Source: an uncultured Ruminococcus sp. (GTDB lineage Bacteria > Bacillota > Clostridia > RUG12999). Taken from it: a stretch of DNA of 64,000 bases. Below are positions 21,340 to 30,227 of the stretch, one piece after another. The stretch is taken from the NCBI GenBank assembly GCA_902784805.1, contig CACZWD010000012.1, positions 11,133-75,132 of the forward strand. The letters are read 5' to 3'. Position 1 is the stretch's first letter, and each line of letters starts with the position of its first letter. The position numbers were made by a program, and so were the translations under genes. Under the pieces are notes generated by a model, which was given only the letters and a program-made list of their open reading frames with translations, had not been told where the DNA came from and did no database searches.

Positions 21340-21782
21340 TTTTTAAGCTCGCTCCTTCCGGTTAAATTTTCGGTAATACGTCTGAAATTTTCGCCTTTTA
21401 AGGAATCCTTTTCAATAGTAATATCAATAAATCTTTTCGCGGGATAGTTTTTAAGAAGTTCGGGCCATTCCACAAGACTTATGCCACTGCCGTCCAGAAA
21501 CTCGTCAAGCCCCGCGTCATAAAGTTCATCTTCGTTTTCAAAACGGTAGAGGTCAAAATGGTAAATCGGCGGATTATCGCCGTAGATATTCATAATGGCG
21601 AAAGTGGGGCTGCAAACGTCCTCGTCACAGCCGAAATACGCGGCAACGCCTCGCACAAAAACGGTTTTGCCGACTCCGATTTCACCGTGCAGACGGACAA
21701 TATCACCCGCTTTAAGCTTTGCCGCGAATTCCAACGCGGCGGCGACGGTTTGTTTTTCATTAAGGGTTTCCGTAACTTTCAT
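21336..21782 (-). CDS. tsaE: tRNA t6A37 biosynthesis ATPase TsaE (YjeE)
   Basis: 148 aa. P-loop GEIGVGKT, then SPTF and HFDLYR motifs. Confidence 0.88.
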   Translation of the reverse strand: MKVTETLNEKQTVAAALEFAAKLKAGDIVRLHGEIGVGKTVFVRGVAAYFGCDEDVCSPTFAIMNIYGDNPPIYHFDLYRFENEDELYDAGLDEFLDGSGISLVEWPELLKNYPAKRFIDITIEKDSLKGENFRRITENLTGRSELKK

Positions 21783-22012
21783 TTGATTATCAATCCCTTT
21801 TATATCTGTCAGATAAAAATACTGTACTATTATATTTTACCACATTTCGGCATAAATTTCAAGTTTTATTGTAAAAACAGGTATAAAAACAGGTATAAAG
21901 ATAAAATATTTTTATATTCGCAAAAAAATAAATGCCTTCCGTGAAGGGAGTGCAAGTTAGGGATTTTTACAAAATGAATTTATAGCGGCACTCTCCGAAG
22001 CGGAAACGAAAG

Positions 22013-22063
22013 AATACCACATCTTAGGTTTTAAGCCTTTGATGTGGTATTTTCTGTGTTTTT
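22013..22063. terminator. 11-bp perfect hairpin at the left edge of the AT-rich island (probable terminator; strand ambiguous)
   Basis: AATACCACATC / GATGTGGTATT (22013..22051). On the plus strand TTTCTGTGTTTTT follows. On the minus strand CTTTCGTTTCC follows, downstream of the R-M operon. Confidence 0.5.
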
Positions 22064-22111
22064 ATTCATAATGAGATTTTTAAATATACTAATACAATTG
22101 TGTATAATATT

Positions 22112-23044
22112 TTATTTTAGCCCAGCTTTGTAAGTTAATTCTTCAATAATTGCCCTATATTTCAAAATGTTTGGTTCGATATCTTTTTTGTTAGAGTTAA
22201 ACCAAATTTTATGAGCAGAATAATTTCCAAGTTCTTTAAAAAGAGCCATATCTTTTTTAGAATTTGCAGAGAGTGCCAATGTTGAATTTTGTGCTGCATT
22301 TTTTATTATTTTATCAAGGGTGTAATGATATCCATTTTTATCCATAATATCAGATTCAATATTATTATTTTGGTAAGACAAAACAAGAAGTCCTTCTAAC
22401 AGCCTTCGCATCATTACTGCTGTACAATCATATAGATTATTCTCATAGCTTGCGTTTATCTGTTTACACAAAGATTGAATGTTTGGCGAAAGTCCTTCAA
22501 AAATTACTGTTGAAAGAATTGTACCATCTTGTTCGATTTTCGTATCATCATCCCAATGATTAATATCGTCAATCCAATGTTTCATAATTGAAGACCATTG
22601 GCTCCAGTTTTTTGAAGATATGCTGATTCTGTTCACTTCAGTTTGAAAATCATAAATAATTTGATTTTCAGTCCAACCTGCCTTTCTAAGCGCACCTATG
22701 TATTGTATCATTATGTTTTCTGCATTAGAATCATTCCAATACGGATATGCTCGTTTGCATATGTTATTTATGTGCTTAATTTCCTGTTCAATCGGAGAAA
22801 GTGATTTGTTATAGGCAATACCTCCAAGCTTATTTAAAAACTCGTTTACAGCTTTCTTTGTAACGCAACCATTTTCATCATATCGAAAATAAGAAGCAAC
22901 ACCGATATCTATACACTCTTTCAGCAATTCGTATGGATATTTTGCAACGAGTTGACCAATATCAGATTTCCCTTTTTCATTAAGAGAAAAAGGATATATT
23001 TTTTCCGACACAATAGTTTCAATTTTCTTTTTCCCCACAAGCAT
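22112..23044 (-). CDS. hypothetical protein with a DUF4145-like C-terminal domain, last gene of the Type III R-M operon
   Basis: 310 aa, starting 22 nt downstream of res on the same strand. The C-terminal third (YENNLYDCTAVMMRRLLEGLLVLSY ... LGNYSAHK) resembles the DUF4145 helical domain seen in restriction/abortive-infection proteins. I do not recognise the N-terminal two thirds. The GTG at 23038 may be the true start. Confidence 0.55.
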   Translation of the reverse strand: MLVGKKKIETIVSEKIYPFSLNEKGKSDIGQLVAKYPYELLKECIDIGVASYFRYDENGCVTKKAVNEFLNKLGGIAYNKSLSPIEQEIKHINNICKRAYPYWNDSNAENIMIQYIGALRKAGWTENQIIYDFQTEVNRISISSKNWSQWSSIMKHWIDDINHWDDDTKIEQDGTILSTVIFEGLSPNIQSLCKQINASYENNLYDCTAVMMRRLLEGLLVLSYQNNNIESDIMDKNGYHYTLDKIIKNAAQNSTLALSANSKKDMALFKELGNYSAHKIWFNSNKKDIEPNILKYRAIIEELTYKAGLK

Positions 23045-23066
23045 TCCTCATTTCAATGAATCAGTA

Positions 23067-25313
23067 TTATTGAATAAACACCTCTATTGGCTTCCATACA
23101 TTCCTGTTGGTAACATCCTCTGACCATACCGTGTTAGAGAGATAAATCTGTGTTCCTACTGCCCGGACAAACCCCCATTTTATTTCCGGATGACGAGAAG
23201 CATAATCCTTTAACGCATCAAATTTACGGGGAGCAAATCTATCAACATTATTTGAACTGCCATCTGCAGTCATTCCGCCTTTTGCTTCAATAATCCATAT
23301 ATCGCCATTTTTAAGTTGAATTATGTAATCAGGGTAGAAGTTATTACGTCTGAACGCCTTGCGATATACAATGTTGAAATACTCATCTCCCTTATCACCG
23401 TTTTTATAACACCATTTAACGGGGTCATAATTTTCACACCAATCTTCAAAAGAAATCTCTGTAACTGTACGGTTTGGCTGAATGAGTATGTTATTGCCAT
23501 AATCGACAAATGGGTTCTTATTCATGATTTTAGTGCTTGGAATACGCTTATGCTGTTTGTAGTACTGTTCTCTTGGAATATACCAATCGGCAGTCACGAT
23601 ATCCGTTTCTTCAATATCTGCTATTCGGTCGGCACTGATATCGCTGAATACTTCTATAAGCCTTTCCCTATTATTAACAAGAAATGCGTTGTATTCCCGA
23701 AGACTCAGCCCATCTATCAGTTTATGCTCTCTTTCAAACGCTATTTCTTCTTCTGAAAGCAGAGACATTTGCATATCCATCGGTCCAAAAAGCACACGAA
23801 GAGCATTATTTGAAATGTTTTCATCAATTCCGATTGCCCTTGCTATACGACGCTTGGCATCACGGATTATAAAACCGTCATCGTGATTGCTTATTTGATG
23901 CTCGCCACCAAAAATTCTGTTTAATGACTTTATGTCATGGGTGGTTCTTGCAACGCCTTCAATGGCTGCTGTCTTAAGTTTCGTGCCAAAAACATAGCCT
24001 TTGCTTCTTTCCATTTCGTGCTTGTCCAGCTTACCGTTATGGTCAAGGTCACACTCTGAAAGCATCTGTTCACGAACAACTTTTACAACAGCCTCCGGAT
24101 TTACGGCATAACGGTCGCTTCCGTTAAGGGATTCTTTTTGCAACATAATGTTCGGAGCGTCAAATTTCCGTTTGTATAAATATGTATAGAAAGAATCGCC
24201 TATACTGTTTGTTAATCCCTCGACATATTCACTGTCAAGCGTATAAACATAGCAGTTGTCTATAAGTGGGCACTCATAATGTGTCCGTTCCGGCATACGG
24301 CGAACACGTCCCACGGTCTGAATGTTAAAGCGTTCAGTGCCGCCTTCACGTAGTTTTACAAGTATTTTTGCGCGAGGACAATCCCAACCAGTAGCAATAG
24401 CTTGCTTAAAGAGCAAAAATGCATATTGACCGTCTAATTTTTTTATTTCATCCGTATTATCGGGATGGTCTCCGCTAAACCATGAAGCCACAAGACCTGA
24501 GTTCTCAGAATAGCCCAAGTCATCTAATGCTCTTTTTACACGCTCTATCCATTCATCATAACCGTTTGGAAACTGTATCAGGACAAGCGGACGTATTTTT
24601 AAGTCGCGGCGGTCATATTCTGCCTGTATTTCTTTTCTCTTTTTGTCTGCCAATTCAAGAAGGAGAAGGTCATCATCAAGACTGTTGTTTTCTTCAATGG
24701 CTTTAGAAACTCCTTCGTTTATAGAAATTCCTGCTGCAATAAGTCCTTCTCCAATAACCTCATCGTCAGGTATAATTTCCGTATGGTCACCTCTGCTGAC
24801 GGGAGTTGCGGATATACGAAGAACATGAACAGGCTGAATATTACCTATATATTCATTTGCAGTTGCCTGATACTTATGTTCCTCATCTATAAGCATAAAA
24901 ATGTTAATATTGTTCGTATGGCAAAATAATACTTTTCCCATTAGGTCACGATGTTCACCTTCACGGAGAACAACATTCGATGTGCGATTTATTTTATCCC
25001 AGTTGATAAAGAATACTTTGCCACGGGGGTCGCTTTCGTTTATAAAAGCGTAAACATCTCCGTCCGGGATGCCGGATGTTACTTCTCTAAAACTGTCTTG
25101 AGACTGTTTTTCCAGTCCACCAGCACCGGGACACAACCACAAAAAGACCGTGTTGGGGTTCTCGTCAAGGTAATCATCAATAAATTTTGATACAAGAACT
25201 GTTTTTCCTGCACCCGTAGGAGCGGAAAGAACAATTTCCTCATGGTCTGCACATTTTGCCAGTAGATTTTCCTCGTGCTTTGCCTGAAAATCAAATAATT
25301 TCGCAGTAAACAT
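23067..25313 (-). CDS. res: Type III restriction enzyme Res subunit (SF2 helicase plus PD-ExK nuclease)
   Basis: 748 aa. Helicase motifs are I SAPTGAGKTV, II LIDEEHKY, III ISATP and VI QTVGRVRR. The C-terminal nuclease core reads YPDYII...IWIIEAKGG. The start overlaps the mod stop (TAATG). Confidence 0.85.
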   Translation of the reverse strand: MFTAKLFDFQAKHEENLLAKCADHEEIVLSAPTGAGKTVLVSKFIDDYLDENPNTVFLWLCPGAGGLEKQSQDSFREVTSGIPDGDVYAFINESDPRGKVFFINWDKINRTSNVVLREGEHRDLMGKVLFCHTNNINIFMLIDEEHKYQATANEYIGNIQPVHVLRISATPVSRGDHTEIIPDDEVIGEGLIAAGISINEGVSKAIEENNSLDDDLLLLELADKKRKEIQAEYDRRDLKIRPLVLIQFPNGYDEWIERVKRALDDLGYSENSGLVASWFSGDHPDNTDEIKKLDGQYAFLLFKQAIATGWDCPRAKILVKLREGGTERFNIQTVGRVRRMPERTHYECPLIDNCYVYTLDSEYVEGLTNSIGDSFYTYLYKRKFDAPNIMLQKESLNGSDRYAVNPEAVVKVVREQMLSECDLDHNGKLDKHEMERSKGYVFGTKLKTAAIEGVARTTHDIKSLNRIFGGEHQISNHDDGFIIRDAKRRIARAIGIDENISNNALRVLFGPMDMQMSLLSEEEIAFEREHKLIDGLSLREYNAFLVNNRERLIEVFSDISADRIADIEETDIVTADWYIPREQYYKQHKRIPSTKIMNKNPFVDYGNNILIQPNRTVTEISFEDWCENYDPVKWCYKNGDKGDEYFNIVYRKAFRRNNFYPDYIIQLKNGDIWIIEAKGGMTADGSSNNVDRFAPRKFDALKDYASRHPEIKWGFVRAVGTQIYLSNTVWSEDVTNRNVWKPIEVFIQ

Positions 25314-27217
25314 TATTCAGCCGCCTCCCTTAATTCCTGACCGAAGAATTCTCTCGGTATGTATTTGAAGTCGAGTGCATTTAATCGTTCCATTTCTTCG
25401 GAATTGAATATGATATTTTGATTCACCCAGATATTTTCAATTTGTGTATAAGCTTCATCGTTCAATACATATTTGCGGAAATCTTTTTTATTTAAAATAA
25501 GCACATTTTTTACATTATCTACCTCAATACTGTTTTGAAGTTCTATCATTTCTTTGATGTGTAAGCATAGAGCATTGCTGAGCAGATAATCCTCTGGCTT
25601 GCGAGGTGTCCAATCGCATTTATAGTATTTCAAATTAGCGGATATTCCTTCTGAATACTTCGTGCCATCTGTGCGAATGCCTGTGATTACAGTTTTTATC
25701 CTTGGATATGTAACGCTATGGCATATACCGAGAGCCTGATATTCGTCCGTGGCAATAGCGGTATGATAATCGTCTGATGTTTTAAACGCTGTCCATTTCT
25801 CTTTCCATTCAGGCTCTTTTTTTGTGCCTTTTCTCGGAGGAGCATCAATAATGCCCTTCTCCTCAAAATAAGATAGTTTCTTTTTGTCTGTAACCTCATT
25901 GTTAGTGCAAATGATAAACTCTCTTTTACCGCCGTCCTCGGCATTTAGCTCTAAAACTGCCTGTGAAGTTGTACCAGAACCAGCAAAGAAATCAAGTACT
26001 ATTGCGTCATCCATGCGTGTAGAGCATATTAGCTTTTTTATGAGTTTAACAGGCTTTGGATAGCTGAAAATTCTTTCCGTACCAAAGAAATCTATAAGTT
26101 CATTGTCCGCATCTTCGTTTGAACCCCATCCGCTATCAAACAGATTATTTACATTGATCGGGGTATCATATGCATTGTTTTCATCATTACCAACTCTGGA
26201 CAGTAAATCCTTCATGGTCTTGTAGCGAGGAGTTGAAACTATTCTCCTAATATATAAAGCGTTGGTTATATACAATTCTTGGTTAATCGAGTATTCATAC
26301 ATGGCATCACTTTTATATCTCCAATTACCCTCGACTTCAAAATCCTGCGTTACAACACCATTTTCAATAACTAAGTCAGTGATGTACTTGATATTCATTG
26401 TGGAATCCGAAATAACGGTACCCGCCGGAACTACATAGTTCTTTTCTCTATAGTTACTCTTTATACCTTTTGATACCTTGCAAATAGAGCGTCTATTGCT
26501 TGCATTAATGCACGGATATGTTTCTGTTTCAGTATTTATTTCACCTATCAAGCCCGCAAAGTCATCTTTGTCCTTACAATAGACAAGGACATATTCTTTA
26601 ATGTTGGTTATTTGATTTGACAAAAAAGACCCTTTTTTCTTTTTTTCCCAAACCAGCTGAGCGACAAAATTCTTAGCATTGAAAATCTCATCACAAAGCA
26701 TTTTTAATGGTGCCATTTCATTATCGTCAATGGACATAAATATTACACCACGCGAGGATAAAAGGTCATAGGCGATTTCGAGCCTACGTTTCATAAAAGA
26801 AAGCCATTTTGAGTGCCTAAAAGTATCCTCTGTTCCGACCATATTATCATTGTAAAAGAAATCTTCATTACCAGTGTTATATGGAGGATCTATATAAATC
26901 ACATCGATTAATCTTTTATGTGTTTTTTGCAACAGATATAAACTTTGCAGATTATCCCCCTCAAGAATAAAGTTATATTTTCCATTCTCGGATGCCGTTA
27001 TTTTCTTTTCAGTATCTTCGGCAAAAACAGGGATATGGGTACGAAGTTTAACATCAACCACCTCTTCATGCTCTTCCCATACAAGACCATATTTTTTGTC
27101 TCGAATATGATTTTCTATTTCCGTAAACGCACGGATGGAGTCATCATCCGTATGTTCTTTTCGTAATGTTTCTAAAAAATCCAACATGCGCTGACGCTTT
27201 ATTTGAGATAGATTCAT
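25313..27217 (-). CDS. mod: Type III R-M Mod subunit (N6-adenine/N4-cytosine DNA methyltransferase, beta-class motif order)
   Basis: 634 aa. Motif IV IYIDPPYNTG precedes motif I LDFFAGSGTT, and a variable region lies between them. Confidence 0.88.
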   Translation of the reverse strand: MNLSQIKRQRMLDFLETLRKEHTDDDSIRAFTEIENHIRDKKYGLVWEEHEEVVDVKLRTHIPVFAEDTEKKITASENGKYNFILEGDNLQSLYLLQKTHKRLIDVIYIDPPYNTGNEDFFYNDNMVGTEDTFRHSKWLSFMKRRLEIAYDLLSSRGVIFMSIDDNEMAPLKMLCDEIFNAKNFVAQLVWEKKKKGSFLSNQITNIKEYVLVYCKDKDDFAGLIGEINTETETYPCINASNRRSICKVSKGIKSNYREKNYVVPAGTVISDSTMNIKYITDLVIENGVVTQDFEVEGNWRYKSDAMYEYSINQELYITNALYIRRIVSTPRYKTMKDLLSRVGNDENNAYDTPINVNNLFDSGWGSNEDADNELIDFFGTERIFSYPKPVKLIKKLICSTRMDDAIVLDFFAGSGTTSQAVLELNAEDGGKREFIICTNNEVTDKKKLSYFEEKGIIDAPPRKGTKKEPEWKEKWTAFKTSDDYHTAIATDEYQALGICHSVTYPRIKTVITGIRTDGTKYSEGISANLKYYKCDWTPRKPEDYLLSNALCLHIKEMIELQNSIEVDNVKNVLILNKKDFRKYVLNDEAYTQIENIWVNQNIIFNSEEMERLNALDFKYIPREFFGQELREAAE

Positions 27218-27277
27218 ACTTGCGTTTCCTTTCTTTGGTGTTTGACACTTATCCTTAAAGCCTATTCCGTTTTAATG

Positions 27278-27529
27278 TCAAGTCAGAGTTTTGCAATCTC
27301 TTTCTGTATAAATTCCTGCATATACATTTGAAGTTGCCATGTGAAATAACTTCTCGATATCAAGCCCACGAAAATGCTCTTTCATTTCGTCTGTCATATT
27401 CTGTGTTCCGTACAGCCCTTCCGCATAATAGTAAAGAGCATCAAGAAATTCATAAAAATCCTTATCGGAAAGCAATTCATCCAAATACGGCATTGTTTTT
27501 ATGCGTTCCAAGTCAGTCTGCGGATACAT
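27278..27529 (-). CDS. hypothetical 83-aa protein upstream of mod (possibly a 5'-truncated remnant)
   Basis: It is co-oriented with mod, with a 60-nt gap and a weak RBS. The in-frame sequence upstream of the ATG still reads like protein (NIKNEGFFGLSEASVECLRRAKE) but has no start codon. Confidence 0.35.
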   Translation of the reverse strand: MYPQTDLERIKTMPYLDELLSDKDFYEFLDALYYYAEGLYGTQNMTDEMKEHFRGLDIEKLFHMATSNVYAGIYTERDCKTLT

Positions 27530-27692
27530 CTCTTTTGCTCGTCTCAGGCACTCAACAGATGCTTCGGATAAGCCAAAAAATCCCTCGTTTTTGATATTAA
27601 AATTTGTTTCGCAAAAATTATAATAACATAAAGTTTCGTATTTGTCAATGATTTCTCAAAAAATTCAAAAACAGAAATTTAAAAATATATGA

Positions 27693-27720
27693 ACCTTTTT
27701 ACTTACCAACGCATAATATA
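27693..27720 (+). promoter_or_regulatory. sigma-K-like promoter candidate (AC-N17-CATAATATA) upstream of the Cys-rich gene
   Basis: AC at 27693..27694, a 17-nt spacer and CATAATATA at 27712..27720. This matches the AC-16/17-CATANNNTA mother-cell consensus. The AT-rich context makes chance matches likely. Confidence 0.3.
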
Positions 27721-27769
27721 ATAGTGATTCTGCTACGCAGATACATATTTTATATAAGGAGGCATTTTT

Positions 27770-28660
27770 ATGGCCATGGAAAGAAACGGTATGCACGGAG
27801 GCAGACCGAGCGAATCTGTTTGTGTGCAGACCGACAAAATTTATGACTCCTGCAAAAGTAAAGAATGTGCCGAGGATTTGCGTGTGTATTTCAGCGGCGC
27901 GGCACAGGAGCTTATTGACCGTGCCAATAATGTACGGCTTAAAGACGCGCAGGTGCTTTATGTTGATACGGATGTTGAAAAAATTCAGTTTAACAAATGT
28001 TACTATAATGTAAATATGACATTCTATTTTAAGGTAACGGTTGAAATTTCGACGGGCTGCGGCACGGGAACCTGCCTTGACGGACTCTGCATTTACTGCA
28101 AAAACGCTATGCTGTTCGGGTCGGAGGGCTGCTCATATGTATTTTCTTCAAAGGATTCGGGCTGCGGCAACATAAAGCTTACGAGAAACGCGAATATGCC
28201 GACCGCAATTGTTGAAACAATTGACCCTGTCGCGCTTGACTGCAAGCTTACCGAAATGTGCTGTGATTGTCACAATTCCGTAAATGACTGCAAATGCTGC
28301 GGCGCGCCGGGAAATGTGCCGGAGCTTGTCGGCGGAATATTTGCGGACGGTCTTGTTGAAAACGGTCAGAAACGTGTTTACGCAACTCTCGGGCTTTTCA
28401 TATTTATCAGGCTTCAGCGTAATACCCAGCTTTTAATTCCGAGTTACGATTTCTGTATTCCGCAGAAAAACTGCGTGAGCGCAGGCTGCGGTGACGACCC
28501 GTGCTCCTTCTTTGAAAAGCTTGAATTCCCGATTGACTCGTTTTTCCCGCCGTCACATTGCTGCGATAACAATGCGGTTTCCTGCCGTGACGAGGATGGA
28601 GGCTGTGACCGTCCCGATTTTAATCCGCCCGCGCAAAAATCAAACCCTTTCGGCAAATAA
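27770..28660 (+). CDS. cysteine-rich hypothetical protein (putative spore coat/exosporium component)
   Basis: 296 aa with AAGGAGG 8 nt upstream. It has roughly 25 Cys, including CC, CxC and CxxC clusters (MCCDCHNSVNDCKCCG, HCCDNNAVSC), and no signal peptide. It has its own terminator. Confidence 0.6.
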   Translation: MAMERNGMHGGRPSESVCVQTDKIYDSCKSKECAEDLRVYFSGAAQELIDRANNVRLKDAQVLYVDTDVEKIQFNKCYYNVNMTFYFKVTVEISTGCGTGTCLDGLCIYCKNAMLFGSEGCSYVFSSKDSGCGNIKLTRNANMPTAIVETIDPVALDCKLTEMCCDCHNSVNDCKCCGAPGNVPELVGGIFADGLVENGQKRVYATLGLFIFIRLQRNTQLLIPSYDFCIPQKNCVSAGCGDDPCSFFEKLEFPIDSFFPPSHCCDNNAVSCRDEDGGCDRPDFNPPAQKSNPFGK

Positions 28661-28673
28661 GCGGATTATTGAA

Positions 28674-28705
28674 AAAGCGCCCTGCCTTTTTTGACAGAGC
28701 GCTTT
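28674..28705. terminator. hairpin terminator between the convergent Cys-rich gene and the XRE gene
   Basis: AAAGCGC...GCGCTTT stem with inner CTG/CAG pairs, flanked by A/T runs. Confidence 0.6.
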
Positions 28706-28714
28706 AAAAAATAC

Positions 28715-29035
28715 TTATTTTTGATTATGCAATAAAAAATTCATAAAATCAACAGCGGATTTCTTGTTTTCCTCGGAAAGCCCGGAGAAAACCGATTCAA
28801 ACCTGTCTAAAATTTTGTTGTTTTTAATATTGCTTACACCAAACAGATAATCAAGAGAAACGTTATAATAATCGGCAAGAGCAAGTATCATATTCGCGTC
28901 ACCGGGGAAATGCTTATCCGTTTCATAATATCCGTACATTCTGGCGGAAGTATTGAGAATGTTCGCAATGTCTTTTTGTCTGAGCTCTTTTTCTTCACGT
29001 AAATACCGAAGTCTTTCGCCAAAAGTCATAGCCAC
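28715..29035 (-). CDS. XRE-family helix-turn-helix transcriptional regulator
   Basis: 106 aa. HTH_3 signature FGERLRYLREEKELRQKDIANILNTSARMYGYYE. Confidence 0.85.
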   Translation of the reverse strand: MAMTFGERLRYLREEKELRQKDIANILNTSARMYGYYETDKHFPGDANMILALADYYNVSLDYLFGVSNIKNNKILDRFESVFSGLSEENKKSAVDFMNFLLHNQK

Positions 29036-29112
29036 ACCCTCTTTCTTTTTTTATTATTATAATATATTATTTCCATATATGCTTAAAAAAGAAGTAAAAT
29101 TTCCCAAAAGTA

Positions 29113-29151
29113 TTGACAAAGAAATAAACCTTCTGTATAATATTTATACAG
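29113..29151 (+). promoter_or_regulatory. promoter (TTGACA-17-TATAAT) with an overlapping perfect inverted repeat (candidate XRE operator)
   Basis: TTGACA at 29113..29118 and TATAAT at 29136..29141. The inverted repeat CTGTATAA-TAT-TTATACAG at 29133..29151 covers the -10 in the divergent intergenic region. Confidence 0.55.
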
Positions 29152-29223
29152 AAACAATATTTCGGAAATAAAAAAGTATGGACTTATCAATATAAAATTT
29201 TAATGAAACAGAGGTTAATTGTT

Positions 29224-29421
29224 ATGGCGGAATTTTGTCTGGATTGTATGAATAAATATATCGGCTCGGATGGAAAAAGATTGCTTTACAGCGAGGTTGA
29301 TTTGGATATTGATTTCTGTGAAGGCTGCGGTGAATGGAAAAAGTGTGTAGTTGGGATACAAAGAAAAAAGAAAATGCCGGATATAATAAAATGGTTTATA
29401 AAAAATAGGCAGCTTTTATAA
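29224..29421 (+). CDS. small zinc-ribbon-like protein (CxxC...CxxC)
   Basis: The ORF is 29203..29421. The ATG at 29224 has an AGAGG RBS 9 nt upstream. The product MAEFCLDCMNKY...FCEGCGEWKKC has two CxxC pairs. Confidence 0.5.
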   Translation: MAEFCLDCMNKYIGSDGKRLLYSEVDLDIDFCEGCGEWKKCVVGIQRKKKMPDIIKWFIKNRQLL

Positions 29422-29451
29422 AGCCGCCTTTGTTTGAAGGTTGGAAAAAAT

Positions 29452-30039
29452 CTAATCCCCGAAATACTCGGCGTTTTTTCTTATATAGTCAATAACAAGC
29501 GTTGACAAGTTTTCAAGGTCGGCGCTGTTTTTAAATTCATCGGTAAGAGTATCAAGCTCACTTATGCCGCATATTTCGGCAAGAGAAGAAATTTTTTCGT
29601 CATGTTCTTTTAAAAACTCATCAAAAATAGCGTTGGCTTTTGATAAAATTTCGGCAAGATTTTCGGCACCGATATCCCTAAATCCGTTTTCGGCATATTT
29701 CATAAAAAAGCGTGTGGAATTTATGCAGCACTGCGCAATACTGCCGTTGCAGATTTCCTCCGTAATGACATATATGCTGTAAAAATATTTGCAGGGCCTT
29801 GCAAGAGCGTTTACGATTGAAAATTCGGTTGTGCCTTTGTTGTCGATTTTTGCAAAAAGCCATTCGGTAATGGCGGCTTCAAGCTCCTCGTCTGGAATTT
29901 CATCAATCTGTTCACTTTTAAGCTTTCTGTACTTTTTAAACTTATTGTTATCATCAGTAAAGAAAACGGGAAAAAGATATACTATTACGGCGGCAGCCGC
30001 AATAAACAGAAGCACAATCCATATTTCATTCATAAGCAT
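29452..30039 (-). CDS. membrane-anchored DUF4375 (DMP19-like) domain protein
   Basis: The maximal ORF runs to 30054, and the likely start is at 30039 or 30033 after GGAGGGG. It has an N-terminal TM helix. The core ITEEICNGSIAQCCINST...FRDIGAENLAEIL matches the E.NNGGF.Q...NS...IGA pattern of DUF4375. Confidence 0.5.
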   Translation of the reverse strand: MLMNEIWIVLLFIAAAAVIVYLFPVFFTDDNNKFKKYRKLKSEQIDEIPDEELEAAITEWLFAKIDNKGTTEFSIVNALARPCKYFYSIYVITEEICNGSIAQCCINSTRFFMKYAENGFRDIGAENLAEILSKANAIFDEFLKEHDEKISSLAEICGISELDTLTDEFKNSADLENLSTLVIDYIRKNAEYFGD

Positions 30040-30142
30040 AACCCCTCCAATCATATATATTTTATCACATAATTCCGGGATTGTAAATAGGAAATTTTAC
30101 ATATCACGACAAAAAATAATAATAAAAGTTAAAAGAGGTCTT

Positions 30143-30190
30143 TTTGTGCAGGTTTAACAAAAATAAATTAATTTTAAAAATTTATTGACA
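30143..30190 (+). repeat. copy A of a promoter-upstream repeat (25-nt identical core TTTGTGCAGGTTTAACAAAAATAAA)
   Basis: 30143..30167 is identical to 32770..32794. Homology continues through TTTTAAAAA and the -35 box. Confidence 0.8.
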
Positions 30191-30214
30191 AATATAACTA
30201 ATTAGTTATATAAT
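30185..30214 (+). promoter_or_regulatory. higBA promoter (TTGACA-18-TATAAT) with a 16-bp perfect palindrome operator
   Basis: TTGACA at 30185..30190 and TATAAT at 30209..30214. The palindrome ATAACTAATTAGTTAT (30194..30209) fills the spacer. Confidence 0.6.
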
Positions 30215-30227
30215 ATATTATGGTGAA

